DNA from: an uncultured Gammaproteobacteria bacterium
GTDB taxonomy: Bacteria; Patescibacteriota; Microgenomatia; UBA1406; GWC2-37-13
NCBI GenBank assembly: GCA_964559705.1
Contig: CAZLGV010000001.1
Location: forward strand, 447,322-511,321
Direction: 5' to 3'
DNA: 64,000 nt
Below the pieces are notes generated by a model, which worked only from the letters and a program-made list of their open reading frames with translations, did not search any database and was not told the DNA's origin. The translations under genes and the position numbers were made by a program. Shown here in pieces: positions 18,356 to 27,798 of the stretch. The first letter of the stretch is position 1; each line of letters starts with the position of its first letter.

Positions 18356-19108
18356 ATGAAGCGTTGGCTTTTCTTTTTTGTCAGTGCCTTAATTTTTTTA
18401 TATGCTTTTTTGCCTAAAGTACATGCTGCAGATACTCCCTCGGTTAACGCAATAGGCGGAGAAGGAGATGTAGCCGGCTTAAACTGCGGAGTAGCCAAAG
18501 AAGGAGGAGGATTAGATAGATGTTGCAGTACCCAACCCAGAAGCTTACCCGATATTCCGCTTTCAGGACTGTTGAGCCATCTTCCATTTGTCGGTTCAAT
18601 AATTGATCAGTATGTTAAAGCAGATGAAAATATGGAAGAACTTCAAAGAGAAAGTCTGACTGCCTGTATTTCTGGAGAGCCAACAAGCGATCCAACTGAC
18701 CCAAGTTGCCGCTGTGAACTTTCGGCTGATGCAGGAGCAATCCCTCCAATTGCAGACCTCTGCCAAAAATATATAACTGATCCAGATGAGCTTAGAAAAT
18801 GCAATGATTGTACTGGGCCCAGCAAGGGAGGATTTTACAGTGGTTTTGGCTGCGTACCTCTGACCCTACAAGGCTTTGTCTCGAACTTTTTACTTTCAAT
18901 TGGAGTAAACGTGGCCTTTGTGGTAGCTCTTCTTTGTATTATTTATTCTGCTTTTATGCTCCAGACATCGCAGGGGAATCCGGAAAGGCTAAAAAAAGCC
19001 AGAGAATATCTAACTTCTTGTATTGTCGGTCTGGTATTAATACTCTTCTCGGTATTTCTGTTAAGACTGATTGGAGTGAGTATTCTGGGAATACCAGGGC
19101 TTATATAG
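18356..19108 (+). CDS. Secreted Cys-rich protein with a C-terminal TrbC/VirB2-like pilin module
   Basis: Signal peptide ...LPKVHA/AD, 10 Cys in the ectodomain, and a C-terminal two-helix module with QTSQGNPERLKKAREYLTSCIVG. Confidence 0.65.
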   Translation: MKRWLFFFVSALIFLYAFLPKVHAADTPSVNAIGGEGDVAGLNCGVAKEGGGLDRCCSTQPRSLPDIPLSGLLSHLPFVGSIIDQYVKADENMEELQRESLTACISGEPTSDPTDPSCRCELSADAGAIPPIADLCQKYITDPDELRKCNDCTGPSKGGFYSGFGCVPLTLQGFVSNFLLSIGVNVAFVVALLCIIYSAFMLQTSQGNPERLKKAREYLTSCIVGLVLILFSVFLLRLIGVSILGIPGLI

Positions 19109-20816
19109 TATATTGGCCTGAGGCTGGACTACTTCCGCTACCTCCTTTAGGCGGCTTAGGTTTTCCTCTATTTGCTAACCAGTCTCTGACCATATTTATA
19201 CCATGCTGGGCATAGAAAAGGCCACTAAACTGACTCATACTACCCATGACTCCTTTTGTAGCTCCAGTGATTCCGGTAAAGAAGACCGAGGGGCTAACTC
19301 CCAGATCCAGAGGCTTAGGAAGGATGGCTTTTTTAACTGTTTGAACCAGATTTGGCGCAGCAAATAAGAACCACATAGCAATCACAATTGAAAAATTTCC
19401 CGGATCGATACCGTACAAGAAGGGTAGACGGATAAATTCTCCAGAGGAAGACCCTCCGAGATTAAAAATAATTAAAGCGAAAATGAAAACAGTAATAACC
19501 AGAGGAAAAGTTAAAAGCTCGTTGATTAGACTTTTAAACCAGCTGGGCAGGGCCGCTTTGCCTGGGAAGAGCTCGCGCAAAAGATAAACAGGTGCGGTGA
19601 TAATCAGAAGTATTATTTTAATATAGGCAGAAAGCAGAAGAATCAGAATTCGAAAAAAAATAAAAACAATAGAGATGAAAAAAATAACTCCCAGCAGGAA
19701 AGGGATAATAATGAAAATGCCAATAGCCGCAGCCACAGGAATTAAAAGGCGATATATACCTCCCTGAACTATCCCGTTAACAAAACCATGCAAGGCAGCA
19801 CTAACTCCTCCTAAACTGAAACCAAATATTGATGGTTTGGCTTCAGCTCCCGCTTCTACACGCACAACCTTTTCCACCCATCCAAATTTTTGAGCAAGCT
19901 TAAGATAGATAAAAAAATATCCAATCAGCGCGCCTATGATATTTTTAATCACCGCAATAGGGCCAAGTAGATTTAGCATGGCATTAGGAAAAGTCCAAAA
20001 TAAATTGATAAAACTGAATTTTGCCAGACTAGAAAAAATATCCGATGGTCTAGCCTGTATATAGCGAGCCTGAAGAGAGTTTATATCCAGCCCGCCGGCT
20101 TGGCCCAGAATGAAAATAATAAGAACAATAAATACGTACATAAGGTCGATCAGAAAACCAGCGATAGCAAAAGAAAAAGTGATAAAAATAAGCGAAACAA
20201 CTATCCGGGGAATTGTATTTTCAATCGAAATAACTGTTTGGGGATTTATTTTGACCCTAAACATGATTAGAAATCCAAAGGTGATCAGAACTATAACCAG
20301 AAAAACATAGGCAACATTTCTAATACCTGTCCAAACGTCAGCTAAAGGTTTGATTGAGGCAAAACCTATTCCTTCGACGGCATAAGTTTTGGGAATAAAT
20401 CCTGCCCGTTGAAGACTCTGTTGAGCCCAATATACGCCTGATGCAGGTGGATTAAAGTAAGGAAACATGAGTAAATTTACTCCTTTGCCGATAAGACTGT
20501 TGTCAAAATTTATATTTCCATCCTGCGGATTATCGGTGCAGGCTTCACCCAAAAGTCCGCACATGGTTGCCCGATAAAGAAGGATAACTTGTTTTCCTTC
20601 TTTGGTTTTGTTCAGTTCTGGGTCTTTGATGACTTTGTAAATTTCATCTCTGTTCCTTTTGATCGGATCGACAGTTGCCTTTGGCTTATCGCGATTGATG
20701 AAATAGGCAAAAAGCCCAAAGACGATAAAATAAACTGCGAGAACAAGAAAAATCTTATTGGCAATTTTAAAACCCTTTTTAATATAGGTTTTCAAAAAAG
20801 CAAACATCAATTTCAT
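19101..20816 (-). CDS. Polytopic membrane protein (about 10 TM), possibly VirB6/TrbL-like
   Basis: N-terminal TM, an approximately 130-aa loop with Cys (CGLLGEAC), then many TM helices. The VirB6-like call rests only on topology and context. The start may be M4 (20807). Confidence 0.55.
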   Translation of the reverse strand: MKLMFAFLKTYIKKGFKIANKIFLVLAVYFIVFGLFAYFINRDKPKATVDPIKRNRDEIYKVIKDPELNKTKEGKQVILLYRATMCGLLGEACTDNPQDGNINFDNSLIGKGVNLLMFPYFNPPASGVYWAQQSLQRAGFIPKTYAVEGIGFASIKPLADVWTGIRNVAYVFLVIVLITFGFLIMFRVKINPQTVISIENTIPRIVVSLIFITFSFAIAGFLIDLMYVFIVLIIFILGQAGGLDINSLQARYIQARPSDIFSSLAKFSFINLFWTFPNAMLNLLGPIAVIKNIIGALIGYFFIYLKLAQKFGWVEKVVRVEAGAEAKPSIFGFSLGGVSAALHGFVNGIVQGGIYRLLIPVAAAIGIFIIIPFLLGVIFFISIVFIFFRILILLLSAYIKIILLIITAPVYLLRELFPGKAALPSWFKSLINELLTFPLVITVFIFALIIFNLGGSSSGEFIRLPFLYGIDPGNFSIVIAMWFLFAAPNLVQTVKKAILPKPLDLGVSPSVFFTGITGATKGVMGSMSQFSGLFYAQHGINMVRDWLANRGKPKPPKGGSGSSPASGQYTI

Positions 20817-20844
20817 TCTAGAGGATTTATCAAGCCATTGTCAA
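20815..20844 (-). promoter_or_regulatory. Promoter TTGACA-N18-TAGAAT, 7 nt upstream of ATG 20807
   Basis: The minus strand reads TTGACAatggcttgataaatcctcTAGAATgaaattgATG. Confidence 0.4.
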
Positions 20845-20856
20845 CAAACGACAGTT

Positions 20857-22095
20857 TTAGCAATTAGGTGCATGGTAAGGACCTTTGGGTAGATTAATAT
20901 CGATATGGAAATGATTATCATGCCCCTCAATGCATTTCATCTGTTCCAAGGATAATTTATTAGCCCGAGCATAACTGATCACAGCGCTGTTAACCGCGCT
21001 ATCACAGTACCAAATATTTTTAATCAGATTAGTATCAACGAACATTTTCCCAAGTTGAATAGTTGCCTCCCGGCTATAGCTACCTTTGGTATAGTCGGCT
21101 GCTCTGGGATTACAACAAGCATCAACATCAACAGCAATCCCTCCATTGTGAGTTTTATGCGGAGAGCCAGCATTTATATCACCTATCCAAAGTTCAGAAT
21201 CTTTCTGGGCCTCGGCATATCTTAAAGCAGTAGTGTAGAGGACTCCGACTAATTCTTTTTTTCCATAACCTCGGGCCGAGCAGTGATAAAGAGTATATTC
21301 TCCTTTTGGCGCAACAGGCATTTTATAATAACCCAGTGAATTTGGGCTGCCTAAATTTGGAGGATAGAGAAGTCCCTCATAGGAGGGTAAAGGTCCTGTA
21401 TCAGGTGCTTGGGTCGGACCAGGTGTAAGTCCTCCAATATCAAAAGAAAATAAAGCGTCAAAAATATTTGTAATTCTCTCAACTTCTTTATCCTGTGGAG
21501 TTTTACCTTTTTCTCCTTCCTTCAGGAATTCGCTTTTTTCTTGTTCTATATAATCACTTCCAGGATGTTCCAGGTCGTCGACAATATCATTTTTCGAGTC
21601 TTCTATAGCCTGGTCGATTACAGGATTTTGACTAACCACTATAATTTCTGATCCTCCTTCATAAAGATCCAAAAGATTATTTTCTCGAAGATAGTCCTTT
21701 AATTTATCATAACCTTGAGGAGTTTTTAAAGAAATAAAAAGCTGGTTTAACTCCGTAGAATACTTAATATCGAAATCTTCAGAGGAATAAGGTAGTTTTT
21801 CTTTGAATTTATTTATATTTTCCAATTGTTGTGCAGTTAAAGCATTGTCGGTTTCTTCGGCCAGCTCTTTCAGCTTTTTTCTTTTTTCTTCAGTAGTCAA
21901 GCTTCGAGTCTGGTTTAAGAATTGCTTATCTGTTCCGCTCGTTGTGCGTTGTTCAAAGGAGCCAGTTGGACTAGGAATCTGTTTTTGATCTTCTTTGATT
22001 CTTCCTAGCATCTGGGTCAGAAATATTGTGACAGCAATTAGAAAAACCAAAACAGCAGCCGCAATCAAGATAAATTTATTAGCTAGTTTATTCAT
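20857..22095 (-). CDS. Membrane-anchored cell-wall peptidase, LAS/M15-like zinc hydrolase domain
   Basis: N-terminal TM. C-terminal THNGGIAVDVD fits the xHxxGxAxD motif, and GHDNHFHIDI fits HxH. The N-terminal approximately 215 aa are paralogous to the upstream ORF. Confidence 0.6.
   Translation of the reverse strand: MNKLANKFILIAAAVLVFLIAVTIFLTQMLGRIKEDQKQIPSPTGSFEQRTTSGTDKQFLNQTRSLTTEEKRKKLKELAEETDNALTAQQLENINKFKEKLPYSSEDFDIKYSTELNQLFISLKTPQGYDKLKDYLRENNLLDLYEGGSEIIVVSQNPVIDQAIEDSKNDIVDDLEHPGSDYIEQEKSEFLKEGEKGKTPQDKEVERITNIFDALFSFDIGGLTPGPTQAPDTGPLPSYEGLLYPPNLGSPNSLGYYKMPVAPKGEYTLYHCSARGYGKKELVGVLYTTALRYAEAQKDSELWIGDINAGSPHKTHNGGIAVDVDACCNPRAADYTKGSYSREATIQLGKMFVDTNLIKNIWYCDSAVNSAVISYARANKLSLEQMKCIEGHDNHFHIDINLPKGPYHAPNC
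21433..21492. repeat. 60-nt segment 57/60 identical to 22635-22694
   Basis: tccaatatcaaaagaaaataaagcgtcaaaaatatttgt... encodes the shared peptide DKEVERITNIFDALFSFDIG (minus strand). Confidence 0.9.
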
Positions 22096-23255
22096 TTATT
22101 TTTAGAATAATAATCCCAGACCCTCTGAAAATAACTTTGGGTTGATGAGGGAATACTGTTTGGGTATCGGCTGCAACCAGCATTGTAACAAACGACGGCC
22201 CTTCGTACATGCTCATAGTTCCAATCAAGACCAAAGGCTAAACTATCCAGTTTTAATTTTTTGGCTGCGGCATATACACTGTCTAGAATATTTTCAATAT
22301 AAGGCTTACGTGTATATCCTCCAATAGTATTGACTGCATTTGCGTAACCAGTCCAAGTTGTGGGTAAAAATTGCATTGGTCCACTGGCTCCAATTCCATT
22401 TCGAAAACAGGGATGCGAAGGTGGAATCCCCTTGCCTGCCTGCGAGTACTCAGCTATCTTTGGCCCAGTCAGATCAAATATAAATCCACATTCAATACTC
22501 ATCACAGCATGGAGTATTGATGGAGGAGTCTTAGCTTTTAGTCCAGCTTCGTTAAAAATACTCTCCAAGGAGGAGAGATCTGCACTGGGTATATTATCAA
22601 TTGTTCCTCCTGGTGGTGTTCCTTCTGATATTTCTCCAATATCAAAAGAAAATAAAGCGTCAAAAATATTTGTGATCCGCTCAACTTCTTTATCGGGTTT
22701 TGACTCTTTCTCTTTCTGTTCTTGCTGATATTGTTGTTCTATTTTTTCTCGCTCTTCTTCTTTTTGCTCAAATATTTTTTCTTCATCTTGATTAATTGCT
22801 TGATCGACAGGTTTGTCGGTAGTTACAAACAGGTCCTCAAATTCTTGACTTATCTCGAAAAGTCCGTTGTCTTTTAGGAATTGGTCAATTTTTTCATTGG
22901 CTTGTGGTGTTTTTTTGCGCATATAGAATTTACCTAGGTAATCAGAATAGCCCATATCAAAATCATCAGAGGTATAGGGCAATTTTTCCTTGAATTTATT
23001 AATTATTTCTTCCTGTTGGGGTGAAAAATACTTCAATGCTTTTGCTTGCTCTTCTAATTTTTCTTCTTCTTCCGGCCTTAGAGTAGGAGACCGTCTGCTA
23101 TCTGTGCCTACAGGCTCATAGCTACCAGTTGGAAGAGGAATTTTTTTTAACGCCTCCTCTTTTTTTCTAAAAAAGCTTTGGAGGAGTAGAGTCAGAAAAA
23201 TAAGAATAACTAAGGCTCCAACAGCCAGTGCAATAAGTTTGTTTTGTGTTGACAT
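22092..23255 (-). CDS. Membrane-anchored lytic transglycosylase (SLT, family 1)
   Basis: N-terminal TM. C-terminal motifs MSIECGF (catalytic Glu), GASGPMQF and CYNAG. ATGA overlap with the downstream paralog. Confidence 0.7.
   Translation of the reverse strand: MSTQNKLIALAVGALVILIFLTLLLQSFFRKKEEALKKIPLPTGSYEPVGTDSRRSPTLRPEEEEKLEEQAKALKYFSPQQEEIINKFKEKLPYTSDDFDMGYSDYLGKFYMRKKTPQANEKIDQFLKDNGLFEISQEFEDLFVTTDKPVDQAINQDEEKIFEQKEEEREKIEQQYQQEQKEKESKPDKEVERITNIFDALFSFDIGEISEGTPPGGTIDNIPSADLSSLESIFNEAGLKAKTPPSILHAVMSIECGFIFDLTGPKIAEYSQAGKGIPPSHPCFRNGIGASGPMQFLPTTWTGYANAVNTIGGYTRKPYIENILDSVYAAAKKLKLDSLAFGLDWNYEHVRRAVVCYNAGCSRYPNSIPSSTQSYFQRVWDYYSKNK
22635..22694. repeat. 60-nt segment 57/60 identical to 21433-21492
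   Basis: Direct comparison of the two stretches shows 3 mismatches. Confidence 0.9.
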
Positions 23256-23283
23256 TCAATCAATTTTTAGTCAAAATGACAAT

Positions 23284-26109
23284 ATGTCCTCTTTTTTTGA
23301 TTTTATAAGAAAAGACAATCCCAAGTCAACTCCGCCTTCGGCCGGACCAACCCCGCCCCAGCCAACAACACCCCAACAAACAGTCCAAAGTAGCCAGCAG
23401 GTAACCAAAACTGTCCAAGCCTATTCAGGAATAGGACAGCCACCTCAACCGCCGCAGCAGCAACTCCATGTCAGCCCAACCCCAGTTCCAACTCCTGGTT
23501 TAACCGCTACTTCAAGAGGCGGAGATATTGATTTAATGACACATTTGACCCAAAGATCAAATAGAGTATTTTTGGGAGCTCAAAATAAAGCTAGAGGATT
23601 GCAAAATCGCTTTGTTGATAGTGAACATTTACTACATGGACTTCTTTTAGACTCGGAAATTTATAAAGTTTTGACAGAGCTTAAAATCCAGCCCCAACTT
23701 GTAGAAGAAGAGCTAAACAAAGTTTATAAAAAAGAATCATACATGGGTGCTCCGCAAGTTTCTCCGCGGATAAAAAGAATTATTGATAACTCTCTGGTTA
23801 TAGCCAGAAAACTGGGCTTTGAATTTATTTCTCCAGAACATATTCTGGTTGCCCTCTACGAAGAGGGTGAGGGAGTAGGAGCAAAGATTTTGCAGAAGTT
23901 CGCTTTAAAAAAAGAAGATCTTAATAAAAAAGTTGTCGGTAAAAAAGAAGGAGTGGATGGGGAAGCGGCCAAACACAAAAGTGCGCTTGATGAATACACA
24001 ATCAATCTCACGGAGAAAGCTAAACAGGGACTTCTTGATCCTGTGGTTGAGCGCTCTGATGTAATAGAGCGGGTAATTCATATTTTATCTCGAAGAACAA
24101 AAAACAATCCTGCTTTGGTTGGTGAGGCAGGGGTAGGCAAGACCGCGATTGTCGAGGGACTAGCTCAAAAAATTGCCTCCAAACAAGTTCCAGAACCCCT
24201 TCTGGATAAAAGAATTCTCCAGCTTGATTTGATGAGTATCATAGCAGGAGCTTCCCATAGAGGAGATTTTGAGGAAAGGATGAAAAATTTGATCGAAGAG
24301 GTAAAAAAGAATCAAGGTAAGGTAATTTTATTTATAGACGAGATTCACAATATAGTTGGCGCAGGCTCATCTGGCGAGGGAGCTCTTGATGCTTCAAATT
24401 TCTTAAAACCTGCTCTGGCCCGAGGAGAAATGCAACTTATTGGAGCGACTACTCTGACAGAATACAGAAAATACATTGAAAAAGATCCAGCCTTAGAAAG
24501 ACGTTTTCAACCGGTTTTGGTTCCCGAACCTACAGAAGAACAAGCAATTAAAATGTTAAAAGCCATAAAAGATAAATACGAAGCCTTTCATCGAGTAAAA
24601 ATTCCAGATTTAGCCATAGATGCAGCTGTAAAACTATCCAAAAGATATGTTGGAGATAGGTTCTTGCCCGATAAAGCAGTTGATTTGATGGATGAAGCTG
24701 CCTCAGCTGTGAGATTGCCTTTAATTTCTTTGCCTGAAGAAATAAAATCTCTTGAAACAAGATTGTCAGAATTTAACCAGGAATTGAAAGAAGCGGAAAA
24801 AAGGGGAGATAAAGTTAGACAAAACATCCTTCAGCCCAAAATAGATGAAATTTCAAAAAATCTTAAGGAAAAAAAAGAACAGTACGAATTAAAAAAAGCC
24901 CAAACTACAAGCGAAGTCAATCCAGAGTTGATTCGAGATATAGTTTCTCGCTGGACCGGAATACCAGTTTCCAAAATTACGGAATCAGAAGTTGAAAAAC
25001 TTTCCAAACTTGAAGAAGCAATTCATCAACGGATGATTAATCAAGAAGAGGCAGTTTCGGTTATTGCCCAAGCCGTAAGAAGAGGCAGAGCAGGCTTAAA
25101 ATCAGCCCAACGCCCAACCGGAAGTTTCATATTTCTTGGGCCAACAGGAGTTGGTAAAACAGAACTGGCTAAAACTCTGGCAGAAATACTTTTTGGTCAG
25201 GAGGAAGCAATGACCAGACTTGATATGACTGAATATATGGAGAAGCATGAGGTGGCAAAATTGATCGGTGCCCCGCCTGGATATGTTGGCTATGAAGAGG
25301 GAGGAAAATTAACCGAGGCAGTTCGCAGAAAACCTTATTCTGTCGTTCTTTTTGATGAAGTTGAAAAGGCACACCCTGATATTTTCAATATTCTTCTCCA
25401 GATCTTGGATGATGGAAGATTGACCGATAACAAAGGCAGAACAATATCTTTTAAAAATACAGTAGTTATCTGTACTTCCAACCTAGGAACGAAATTCATC
25501 CAAGATGAACTACTAAAACAAAATAAGAAACAAGAAACAATAACCAAGAAACAAACTGGAACTGATAAAAAAGCTTTTGCTGCGATAAGAGAGAAAGTTC
25601 TAGCAGAGCTGAGAAAATTTTTCAGACCCGAACTTATAAACAGATTTGATGAAATTATTGTCTTTGAACCTCTTTCATTTGAAGATATGGTTAAAATTGT
25701 CAGATTGCAATTAAAGAGTGTGGGAAAGCTTCTTGAAGACCAAGACATAGGATTTTATTTCGCAGATCGCGCAATAGAAGAAATCGCTCAAATAGGATTT
25801 GATCCTATTTTTGGAGCAAGACCATTGAGGCGGGCTATCCAAAAATTTATAGAAAATCCTATCTCGACCTTAATCATAAAGGGAGATGTGCATGGAGCAG
25901 ACACGGTAAAGGTTGATTTCAAAGATAACGAATTCAAGTTTAATATAGAGCACAGCCAATCTAAACAAAATGGTAAAGCCCGACAACGAGTGAAGCTCAC
26001 CTGTGATAATTGTAAAAACGTTTTCGAAACAGAGAAAATCGGTAACTCGACAACAATATGTTCAAAATGCGCATCCAAAAAAGTTAGAGATAATACCTTA
26101 TATGCCTAA
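23284..26109 (+). CDS. ClpB/ClpC-family double-AAA+ ATPase with a Pro/Gln-rich N-extension and a C-terminal zinc ribbon
   Basis: Clp_N repeats; NBD1 [13 protein letters not shown] / ILFIDEIH; NBD2 [15 protein letters not shown] / [12 protein letters not shown] saw no [LIV]G[FL] ClpP loop. C-terminal CDNC...CSKC. Start moved to ATG 23284 because the tracked 23239 start overlaps the divergent gene. Confidence 0.85.
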   Translation: MSSFFDFIRKDNPKSTPPSAGPTPPQPTTPQQTVQSSQQVTKTVQAYSGIGQPPQPPQQQLHVSPTPVPTPGLTATSRGGDIDLMTHLTQRSNRVFLGAQNKARGLQNRFVDSEHLLHGLLLDSEIYKVLTELKIQPQLVEEELNKVYKKESYMGAPQVSPRIKRIIDNSLVIARKLGFEFISPEHILVALYEEGEGVGAKILQKFALKKEDLNKKVVGKKEGVDGEAAKHKSALDEYTINLTEKAKQGLLDPVVERSDVIERVIHILSRRTKNNPALVGEAGVGKTAIVEGLAQKIASKQVPEPLLDKRILQLDLMSIIAGASHRGDFEERMKNLIEEVKKNQGKVILFIDEIHNIVGAGSSGEGALDASNFLKPALARGEMQLIGATTLTEYRKYIEKDPALERRFQPVLVPEPTEEQAIKMLKAIKDKYEAFHRVKIPDLAIDAAVKLSKRYVGDRFLPDKAVDLMDEAASAVRLPLISLPEEIKSLETRLSEFNQELKEAEKRGDKVRQNILQPKIDEISKNLKEKKEQYELKKAQTTSEVNPELIRDIVSRWTGIPVSKITESEVEKLSKLEEAIHQRMINQEEAVSVIAQAVRRGRAGLKSAQRPTGSFIFLGPTGVGKTELAKTLAEILFGQEEAMTRLDMTEYMEKHEVAKLIGAPPGYVGYEEGGKLTEAVRRKPYSVVLFDEVEKAHPDIFNILLQILDDGRLTDNKGRTISFKNTVVICTSNLGTKFIQDELLKQNKKQETITKKQTGTDKKAFAAIREKVLAELRKFFRPELINRFDEIIVFEPLSFEDMVKIVRLQLKSVGKLLEDQDIGFYFADRAIEEIAQIGFDPIFGARPLRRAIQKFIENPISTLIIKGDVHGADTVKVDFKDNEFKFNIEHSQSKQNGKARQRVKLTCDNCKNVFETEKIGNSTTICSKCASKKVRDNTLYA

Positions 26110-26413
26110 AAATTACACTCCTTTAGATACTGAAAAACTCAGAAAGAAATATTCTGTAAAGCAAACAAACAAACTAAACACTGTTTTGATAGTGATTGCC
26201 GCAATTACAGCAATTGTTCTAGCAGTTGTTCTTGTAGTTTTGATGCAAAAGAGAACAAATGTCGAAAAAGAGCCCACTGCTCCTAGCTCTGCCCCAACTC
26301 CCATGGTTTCACCCACTGTAGAACCAACAGCTTCTCCTTCCGCGATCCCAACTTTGGAGGCAACTATCACTCCGGAAGCAAGCCAAAGTCCAAGCGTAAG
26401 TCCTACTCCTTGA
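26102..26413 (+). CDS. Membrane-anchored Pro/Thr/Ser-rich protein
   Basis: MPKNYTPL..., one TM (VLIVIAAITAIVLAVVLVVLM), then PTAPSSAPTPMVSPTVEPTASPS... The tracked 26003 start lies inside the clp gene. Confidence 0.45.
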   Translation: MPKNYTPLDTEKLRKKYSVKQTNKLNTVLIVIAAITAIVLAVVLVVLMQKRTNVEKEPTAPSSAPTPMVSPTVEPTASPSAIPTLEATITPEASQSPSVSPTP

Positions 26414-26414
26414 T

Positions 26415-26726
26415 ATGAGATATCTAGCACAAACAATTAATATAAATGGCAGGATCATTACAGGACCATTGAAAGGAATAAATAATCTGAGTGATGTTAT
26501 AAACATAATTGTAAAAAACTTAATATTAATTGCTGGAGTTATTTTATTTCTCATTTTGATTATAGGAGGTTACGGATTCATCACTTCCGCAGGCAATCCT
26601 GAAAAATTGAAATCCGCCAGAGCAAAAATATCAACAGGAATAATAGGTTTTGTTCTGCTGATCGTGTCGTATCTAATTGTTAAACTTATTTCAGTTATCT
26701 TTGGTCTGGGAGAGGGTATTTTTTAG
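26415..26726 (+). CDS. Small two-helix membrane protein, TrbC/VirB2-like (T4SS-pilin-like) paralog
   Basis: ITSAGNPEKLKSARAKISTGIIGF between two hydrophobic helices. It starts 1 nt after the preceding stop. Confidence 0.6.
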   Translation: MRYLAQTININGRIITGPLKGINNLSDVINIIVKNLILIAGVILFLILIIGGYGFITSAGNPEKLKSARAKISTGIIGFVLLIVSYLIVKLISVIFGLGEGIF

Positions 26727-26740
26727 TAAACTTCTTTTTT

Positions 26741-27793
26741 ATGTTGCTTAAACAGATCAATCTTCATAACTTTCGTAATTTCGATAAAAAAGAATTTAAA
26801 TTCAGCCCATTTTTAACCATCATAATCGGAGAAAATGCACGAGGAAAAACAAATATTTTAGAATCAATATATTTTTTAATAAATGGAATAGGTTTTCGAG
26901 AAACTCGAGAATTTGAACTGGTCAATTTTAATTTTGGCAATACCGCTTCGGTGGAAGGAAATTTTATTGAAGCCGACAAAACTTTTAATTTTGGCATTCG
27001 TCTTTTAAGGAAAAAGGAATTGATTCAAAAAACTTTTTTGGTTAATAAGTCTAAAAAAAAACAATTTCAATATTCCCAAGAACAAACAAAGGCAATTCTT
27101 TTTACGCCCCAACAAATAGAAATTCTTACCGGCTCTCCAGATAAAAGAAGAGACTATTTCAACAAGACAATTTCATTTTATGATCTGGAATATAAAAGGA
27201 GGCTGATGAATTATGAGAATGCTTTGCGAAAAAGAAATAAAATATTAGAACGACATATTGATCAGGCAAGACTTAAAGAAGAGATTAGTTTCTGGAATGA
27301 GTATTTGATAGAACAATCAGAGTATTTAATCAAAAAAAGAGAGAATTATGTTTTATTCTTAAACAGTCACGATAAAATTGATTCAAAAAAATTTTCAATT
27401 GAGTATGTCAAAAATGAATTTTCAAAAAAAAGATTGGAAGACTTTTCTCAGGTAGAGGCCAGGCTTAGAAAGACCTTAATAGGACCGCAAAAAGATGATT
27501 TTCTGATAAGTTTACAAAATCCGCCAGCTGGCGAAAAGGATATACATAAATTCGGATCAAGAAGTGAGCAGAGACTGGCAATTCTTTGGCTAAAGATGAA
27601 TGAAATTAGTTTTCACGAAAATTTAACCAAAAAGAAACCAATTCTTCTTTTTGATGATGTTTTCTCGGAACTTGATATTAAAAATAAAAAATTGGTCTTA
27701 GATCTTTTTAAAAAATACCAAACAATCGCTACAACAACAGAAGTGGAAGTTTTAGAGCTAGCCCATATACCAAAATCCGTGATAAAATTGTAG
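26741..27793 (+). CDS. recF: DNA replication and repair protein RecF
   Basis: N-terminal L.L.NFRN and Walker A GENARGKTNILESIYFL; C-terminal LLFDDVFSELD. Confidence 0.8.
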   Translation: MLLKQINLHNFRNFDKKEFKFSPFLTIIIGENARGKTNILESIYFLINGIGFRETREFELVNFNFGNTASVEGNFIEADKTFNFGIRLLRKKELIQKTFLVNKSKKKQFQYSQEQTKAILFTPQQIEILTGSPDKRRDYFNKTISFYDLEYKRRLMNYENALRKRNKILERHIDQARLKEEISFWNEYLIEQSEYLIKKRENYVLFLNSHDKIDSKKFSIEYVKNEFSKKRLEDFSQVEARLRKTLIGPQKDDFLISLQNPPAGEKDIHKFGSRSEQRLAILWLKMNEISFHENLTKKKPILLFDDVFSELDIKNKKLVLDLFKKYQTIATTTEVEVLELAHIPKSVIKL

Positions 27794-27798
27794 TAGCA

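Noticed and set aside
23239-23283. The tracked start of the Clp ATPase at 23239 (MFCVDIQS...), and the tracked start 26003 for the PT-rich ORF.
   Set aside because: 23239 overlaps the divergent hydrolase gene's start, and ATG 23284 (MSSFFDF...) is the first clean start. 26003-26101 lies inside the clp coding region, and ATG 26102 overlaps the clp stop in typical coupled fashion.
26725-26742. AGTAAAC half-site immediately upstream of recF, a possible third LexA box.
   Set aside because: The second half reads TTTTTAT rather than GTTTACT (4/7), and the first half overlaps the preceding gene's stop codon. It is too weak to call.
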